DNA of 63,822 nt, the filler included. It is 3 parts of 3 records of this genome, joined end to end, with 100 filler letters (N's around TTAATTAATTAA, not from the genome) between each part and the next. Parts side by side here need not be neighbours in the genome. Positions count along the whole stretch, not along the records: positions 56,240 to 63,822 come from SRR20825019_1927; 2 more parts are not named here. One strand, written 5' to 3'. Position 1 is the stretch's first letter; each line of letters starts with the position of its first letter. Shown here one piece after another: positions 61,854-63,822 of this stretch. Under the pieces are notes generated by a model. It searched no databases and was not told the origin of the DNA. It saw only the letters and a list, made by a program, of their open reading frames with translations. Both the position numbers and the translations under genes were made by a program.

Positions 61854-62352
61854 TGCACCACAACATCAGCACACCCCATAACACGTAATACCCCAGAAGA
61901 GAGGTGATGAAAAGCGCAGCACTGTCATCATAGTGTTTGTACCACAAGAACGAAATAAAAGAAAGCCCTGTCATCAACCCACTAATAATGTTCAGACACA
62001 CAAGTTCTAAAAGAAACACACAAATTAAAAACACACAGAAAATAGTGTAAATCCAATATGCACTTTTCCATATACCCAGGTGTTTGCAGGTTTGGAGTGG
62101 TGACGCCAGAGTCTCTCTGGTTGTCCCTAATTACTATTTGCAAACATCTGCCCCAACATTATTACATACTCACACAAGAGAGAGGTCAAAGAGGAACCTG
62201 TTGCCGTTGTTGTTGTCGTCGTCGCTGTCGTTTAAAACACACGTCAATGGATAGGATTACGTTTTGGTTTAAAATTAACGTTATTATTTTGAAACTTTTA
62301 TCGTACAAGTTGTGTTTGATGGAGCTCAAAGGGCTTTCACGTTGTTGTGACA

Positions 62353-62400
62353 TTTGTTTCTGTATTCTATTATTCCTCTTCTTCTCCATTTTCTAAAAAG
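62353..62400 (+). promoter_or_regulatory. Polypyrimidine tract + AG, candidate (trans-)splice acceptor
   Basis: TTTGTTTCTGTATTCTATTATTCCTCTTCTTCTCCATTTTCTAAAAAG ending 76 nt before ATG 62477. Confidence 0.5.
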
Positions 62401-62476
62401 GTCGATTAGAGGTCATATTTCAAGAAGTAATCAAACAGAAGCGATTTCTATTAATAAAGACGTTCTAGTTAAAGTT

Positions 62477-63822
62477 ATGCCTCTCTCTAAAAGTGTAACC
62501 TCTCGCAGTACCCGTGGTGTTACCTTCGAGTTGCCAAGTGGTGATCAGCCCATATCTGGGGGCCACAACCCCCTATCTCGTCGCCGGGGCCAACCATCCT
62601 CCTCCTCTGGGAATGGCGGATTGGGAGAGAGGGATTACCAAGGTGATAGTAGTAGTAATATCAGTGGTGCCTCAGTCTATTCATCAGGAATGTCTATGGA
62701 TCGGGGCTTTATGTCCTCCGCGTCCCCATCCCCCGCCTCGATCGGTATCTTTGGCCGTACCTCAAGTATGACAACCCCCACACCCATCACATCCCCCAAC
62801 ACCAACACTGGACGTGGTCTACCCTTCCCCTCCCTTCCCACTGGGCAGTTCGATCAGCATCAGCCCCCATCCTCCTTAGTGGCCACTTCCGTACCTACCT
62901 TTGGCGAAGTAAACTTTTCATTCGGCCAAGCAGCATCTTCATCATCTCTCAAGCCTCCACTTTCGACCCCCCGCGGTACCTCTTCTTCATCAGGAGGTCA
63001 TCAGGATGTCTCTGCCGCCCCACGGCCACGATCAGCAGGCATTATGGGACGCTTCTCTGCTGTATCCGCATTCCAAGCTATGGCGAACTTTGTCGGTGCC
63101 GTCAAGACTGAGGAGAGTAGCAGGGCGATGGTAGCACAGGGCCCCAAGGTGTCAGCTGCAGCCACCACTGAGCAGACATCCTCTAATACCATCTCCTCGT
63201 GGTCTCTCTCGACTAATAAGATGGACCTACTCAGGGCTACTGAGAGGGGTGGTCATCCCCATTTGTTCGATGGAGATGGTAAGCTGACCACAGGGATGGA
63301 GGTATCTCGCACCGGCCATGTTCATAGTGTGGGGAGGCCCCACTTGGGAATTCAAGGGGATGAGGCGTCCTTGAGGGGTCGTGGATCCCACCGTCATGGT
63401 ATGAGTCAAGAGTGGCTTCAGCGAACTGTGCACGTCACAGGCGCCCCTCCAGGAGAGCATGAGGAGATCGTCGATACCCTCACACGACTATGCGGACAGG
63501 TGGCACACCACAGGACTCTCCGTTTCCGTGTTGCTCATACCAACCGGAGCTCCATCATGGCTGCTGCTACTGACTCATGGGAGTCTGCTATTCCCACCCG
63601 TTCAACTCCCGATATCCCTACCCCCCTTCGCATCACCTTCAGCAAGGCCGCCAGTGCCGAGAAGGCCATCGCGTTGGATCTCGGAGGTGTGGGTGTCATT
63701 ACTACCAGCAGCGGCCGTCGTATTGCTATTGTTGCTGGGGATGATGTGAGCTCCTCTACTGCCGGCTCCCACCCTACTGTTGGTAGCCAACATATGTTTC
63801 TACAAGATGAGGAGGACCAGTA
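62477..63822 (+). CDS. Partial ORF missing from the ORF track; Ser/Pro-rich N-terminus and an RRM-like (Nup35/Nup53-type) domain
   Basis: Open from ATG 62477 to the window end; RTVHVTGAPP...LCGQV...LRITFSKAASAEKAIAL. Confidence 0.55.
   Translation, partial: MPLSKSVTSRSTRGVTFELPSGDQPISGGHNPLSRRRGQPSSSSGNGGLGERDYQGDSSSNISGASVYSSGMSMDRGFMSSASPSPASIGIFGRTSSMTTPTPITSPNTNTGRGLPFPSLPTGQFDQHQPPSSLVATSVPTFGEVNFSFGQAASSSSLKPPLSTPRGTSSSSGGHQDVSAAPRPRSAGIMGRFSAVSAFQAMANFVGAVKTEESSRAMVAQGPKVSAAATTEQTSSNTISSWSLSTNKMDLLRATERGGHPHLFDGDGKLTTGMEVSRTGHVHSVGRPHLGIQGDEASLRGRGSHRHGMSQEWLQRTVHVTGAPPGEHEEIVDTLTRLCGQVAHHRTLRFRVAHTNRSSIMAAATDSWESAIPTRSTPDIPTPLRITFSKAASAEKAIALDLGGVGVITTSSGRRIAIVAGDDVSSSTAGSHPTVGSQHMFLQDEEDQ

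Overview
The window is not one locus. It is three unrelated contigs joined by artificial 100-nt spacers (N-run/TTAATTAATTAA/N-run at 25865-25964 and 56140-56239). Segment 1 (1-25864) is an AT-rich Flavobacteriaceae-type chromosome fragment. It carries housekeeping genes (ndh, pabB-like, tilS), two ECF sigma/anti-sigma pairs, a T9SS-secreted M36 protease and three poorly characterised modules whose cis-elements can be read directly: (a) a TonB receptor/DUF2141/LytS-2TM/2TMx3/LytTR cluster with three perfectly spaced LytTR boxes; (b) a split DUF4331 + TPR + SigK/RskA locus with two matching ECF promoters, one of which drives a candidate structured sRNA that is antisense to the DUF4331 translation start region; (c) a SatD (cyclase-like palm + HTH)/DUF3307 cassette between pabB and tilS, behind three 29-bp-periodic palindromes. 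Segment 2 (25965-56139) is a compact unicellular eukaryote with roughly 50-70 nt introns and very GC-rich promoter islands. It encodes TMEM209, SMIM4, an SLC38-type transporter, beta-mannosidase, PAQR, glucosidase I, a mitochondrial carrier, a multi-zinc-finger protein, an acyltransferase-like/PCIF1 methyltransferase fusion, and an MRH-like receptor with a bacterial-type repeat tail. Segment 3 (56240-63822) looks kinetoplastid-like (long intronless co-oriented ORFs, polypyrimidine-AG site) and holds a membrane-anchored Ser/Thr kinase and a partial RRM/Nup53-like ORF. All family calls come from motif recognition by eye; no database search was run.
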